A stretch of DNA of 64,000 nucleotides from Thermodesulfobacteriota bacterium. Lineage in GTDB: Bacteria > Desulfobacterota_D > UBA1144 > Nemesobacterales > Mycalebacteriaceae. The DNA is taken from positions 128,001 through 192,000 of the forward strand of contig OZ242184.1 of the NCBI GenBank assembly GCA_965205855.1, read 5' to 3'. The notes under the pieces were generated by a model. That model had not been told where the DNA came from, ran no database searches, and saw nothing but the letters and a program-made list of their open reading frames with translations. The position numbers and the translations under genes were made by a program. Shown here one piece after another: positions 62,310 to 64,000 of this stretch (its first letter is position 1; each line of letters begins with the position of its first letter).

Positions 62310-63548
62310 GTGAGTCGGTCTGAAAGAAACTTTTTACTGCCCGCTATCATAGCGGGAGTATTTGTCGGCGTTGTGTCTGGAGCAGTTTTTCCCGAATTCA
62401 GCCTGTCTGTCGGGTTTGTCGGAGACATATTTCTTGACCTGCTTAAAATGATGGTCATTCCCCTTGTGATGGTAAGCATAACGCTCGGCGTTATGAGGTT
62501 ACGCGATTTTCGGTCCGTGGGGATGAAAACACTTTTTTATTATCTCATAACAACCGCTATTTCGGTTTCCATAGGAATCATGGTGGTAACACTTCTTCAC
62601 CCCGGAGGTCCGGAGACGCTCGGAGTCATGACAGATGAAATGAAGTCTCAGGCGTTTATGAAAGTTGAGGGCAAGAGCGCGGGATTGGAAGAGGTGTTGG
62701 GAAGCATGTTCACATCCAATATTTTCAAGTCCGCAGTTGATTTTCAAATACTTCCGTTGATAGTTTTTTCTCTGCTTTTCGGTCTCGCTCTGGCACGAAC
62801 CGGAGCTGCGGCGGCTCCGCTTGAATCGCTTTTGACCTCGCTCGACGGGGCGATAATGAAGCTTGTCCACTGGATAATCAACCTCACGCCGATAGGTGTC
62901 GCCTGCATAATTGCCGCGAGAATAGGGAAGGCCGGCGGTGGCGAAGCCATTTATTCCATGGCCGCGGGAATCGGGAAATATATGCTTGCGGTTATTGTCG
63001 GGCTTGGAATCCACGGCTTGATAGTGCTACCGCTTATGTTGTTTGTTTTCTCGCGCAGAAACCCTCTTCAATACTTCAGGCAAATGAGCAAAGCGCTTCT
63101 TACCGCTTTCTCTACGGCATCGTCTTCGGCAACCCTTCCTCTCACCATGACAAGCGCCATTGAGGAGGCAAAAGTGTCTCCCAAAGTGGGAAATTTTGTT
63201 TTGCCTCTCGGAGCAACAGTGAACATGGATGGCACGGCTCTTTACGAAGCGGTCGCGGTGATATTTATCGCTCAGGTGTATGCGGTGCCGCTTGAGCCGG
63301 CGCATCTTCTCGTCATATTTCTGACCGCGACTCTTGCGGCAATAGGAGCGGCGGGAATACCCGAAGCCGGTCTTGTTACCATGGTAATAGTGCTTACAAG
63401 TGTGGGGCTTCCTCTTGAAGGAATAGGTCTTCTTCTCTCGGTTGACTGGCTTCTTGACCGCTTCAGGACAACGGTCAACGTCTGGGGAGACAGTGTTGGA
63501 GCCGCGGTTGTGGATAAAATTACACAGGGGGCGTCACCCGGCACCTGA
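62310..63548 (+). CDS. dicarboxylate/amino acid:cation symporter (DAACS)
   Basis: LKMMVIPLV, FSTASSSATLP, GATVNMDGTALY, AAIGAAGIP, DRFRTTVNVWGD. Confidence 0.95.
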   Translation: MSRSERNFLLPAIIAGVFVGVVSGAVFPEFSLSVGFVGDIFLDLLKMMVIPLVMVSITLGVMRLRDFRSVGMKTLFYYLITTAISVSIGIMVVTLLHPGGPETLGVMTDEMKSQAFMKVEGKSAGLEEVLGSMFTSNIFKSAVDFQILPLIVFSLLFGLALARTGAAAAPLESLLTSLDGAIMKLVHWIINLTPIGVACIIAARIGKAGGGEAIYSMAAGIGKYMLAVIVGLGIHGLIVLPLMLFVFSRRNPLQYFRQMSKALLTAFSTASSSATLPLTMTSAIEEAKVSPKVGNFVLPLGATVNMDGTALYEAVAVIFIAQVYAVPLEPAHLLVIFLTATLAAIGAAGIPEAGLVTMVIVLTSVGLPLEGIGLLLSVDWLLDRFRTTVNVWGDSVGAAVVDKITQGASPGT

Positions 63549-63569
63549 ACAGTTGCAAAAAAGGCTCAA

Positions 63570-64000
63570 ATGGATTCATTGTTGAATTTTTTTAATATCT
63601 TTGATCAGGGCAGCGGTTTACAAGTTTATGTTAAACCCGTCGCCGTGTTTTTGATTTCGTTTCTCTTCCTTAATTTTCTCATAAGGTTTTTCTCCGCGCA
63701 TTTCAGAAAGTTCGCAAAAACCACCGTGAACAATCTTGACGACCTGATTGCGGAACTTCTGGACAAAACACATTTAATTTTTGTGTTTGTTATCTCATTT
63801 TATATAGGCTCGTATTTCCTTGACCAGTCTTCTCTGGCGAGATTTGTTGGAAAGCAGTTTGTTTTCTCACTTCTTATAATTCAAACGGTTTTGTGGCTGG
63901 TATGTCTTGTTAATTTCTACATTATGAAGAATTATCAAAAATGGGGCATTACGCTGACGCAGGCGAATGTCTCCATTTTTTTTCTGCGGATTGTTTTATG
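63570..64000 (+). CDS. probable MscS-family mechanosensitive channel, N-terminal part (truncated by the window)
   Basis: Open frame MDSLLNFF..KFAKTTVNNLDDLIAELL..IIQTVLWL with TM helices, as in long MscS N-termini. Confidence 0.6.
   Translation, partial: MDSLLNFFNIFDQGSGLQVYVKPVAVFLISFLFLNFLIRFFSAHFRKFAKTTVNNLDDLIAELLDKTHLIFVFVISFYIGSYFLDQSSLARFVGKQFVFSLLIIQTVLWLVCLVNFYIMKNYQKWGITLTQANVSIFFLRIVL

Overview
Gene-dense bacterial chromosome segment made almost entirely of housekeeping genes. In order: rpsA-cmk-aroA, dnaB, an orphan nuoE with glycerate kinase, PduO-type adenosyltransferase, glnD, nadBCA, ferritin, lon, an RRM protein, dnaE, comEC-ispF-ispD, purB-dsbA-gshA, a ClC channel and a cation/H+ antiporter, a split F1Fo operon (b'-b-delta-alpha-gamma-beta-epsilon, no a/c subunits), class II RNR nrdJ with tandem NrdR boxes, ruvX, bolA-grxD-trm112, a cobalamin block (cobB-cobD-cobQ-cobW-cobN), tRNA-Leu(CAG), groES-groEL and a DAACS symporter. 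The gene order resembles Desulfobacterota/Dadabacteria-type genomes; this is an unverified inference. I saw no CRISPR array, IS, prophage or intein, and I cannot support a claim of a major new system here. Several features are not shown by the ORF track: two heavily frameshifted AT-rich pseudogenes (a Tsp45I-like restriction endonuclease and a UDG-like protein), a 34-aa membrane sORF after atpC, repeated leaderless-promoter architecture, structured UTRs at lon, the RRM gene and groES, a ComEC nuclease domain lacking its catalytic motif, and an unexplained nuoE-glycerate kinase-unknown operon. All family assignments come from motif recognition by eye, not from database searches.
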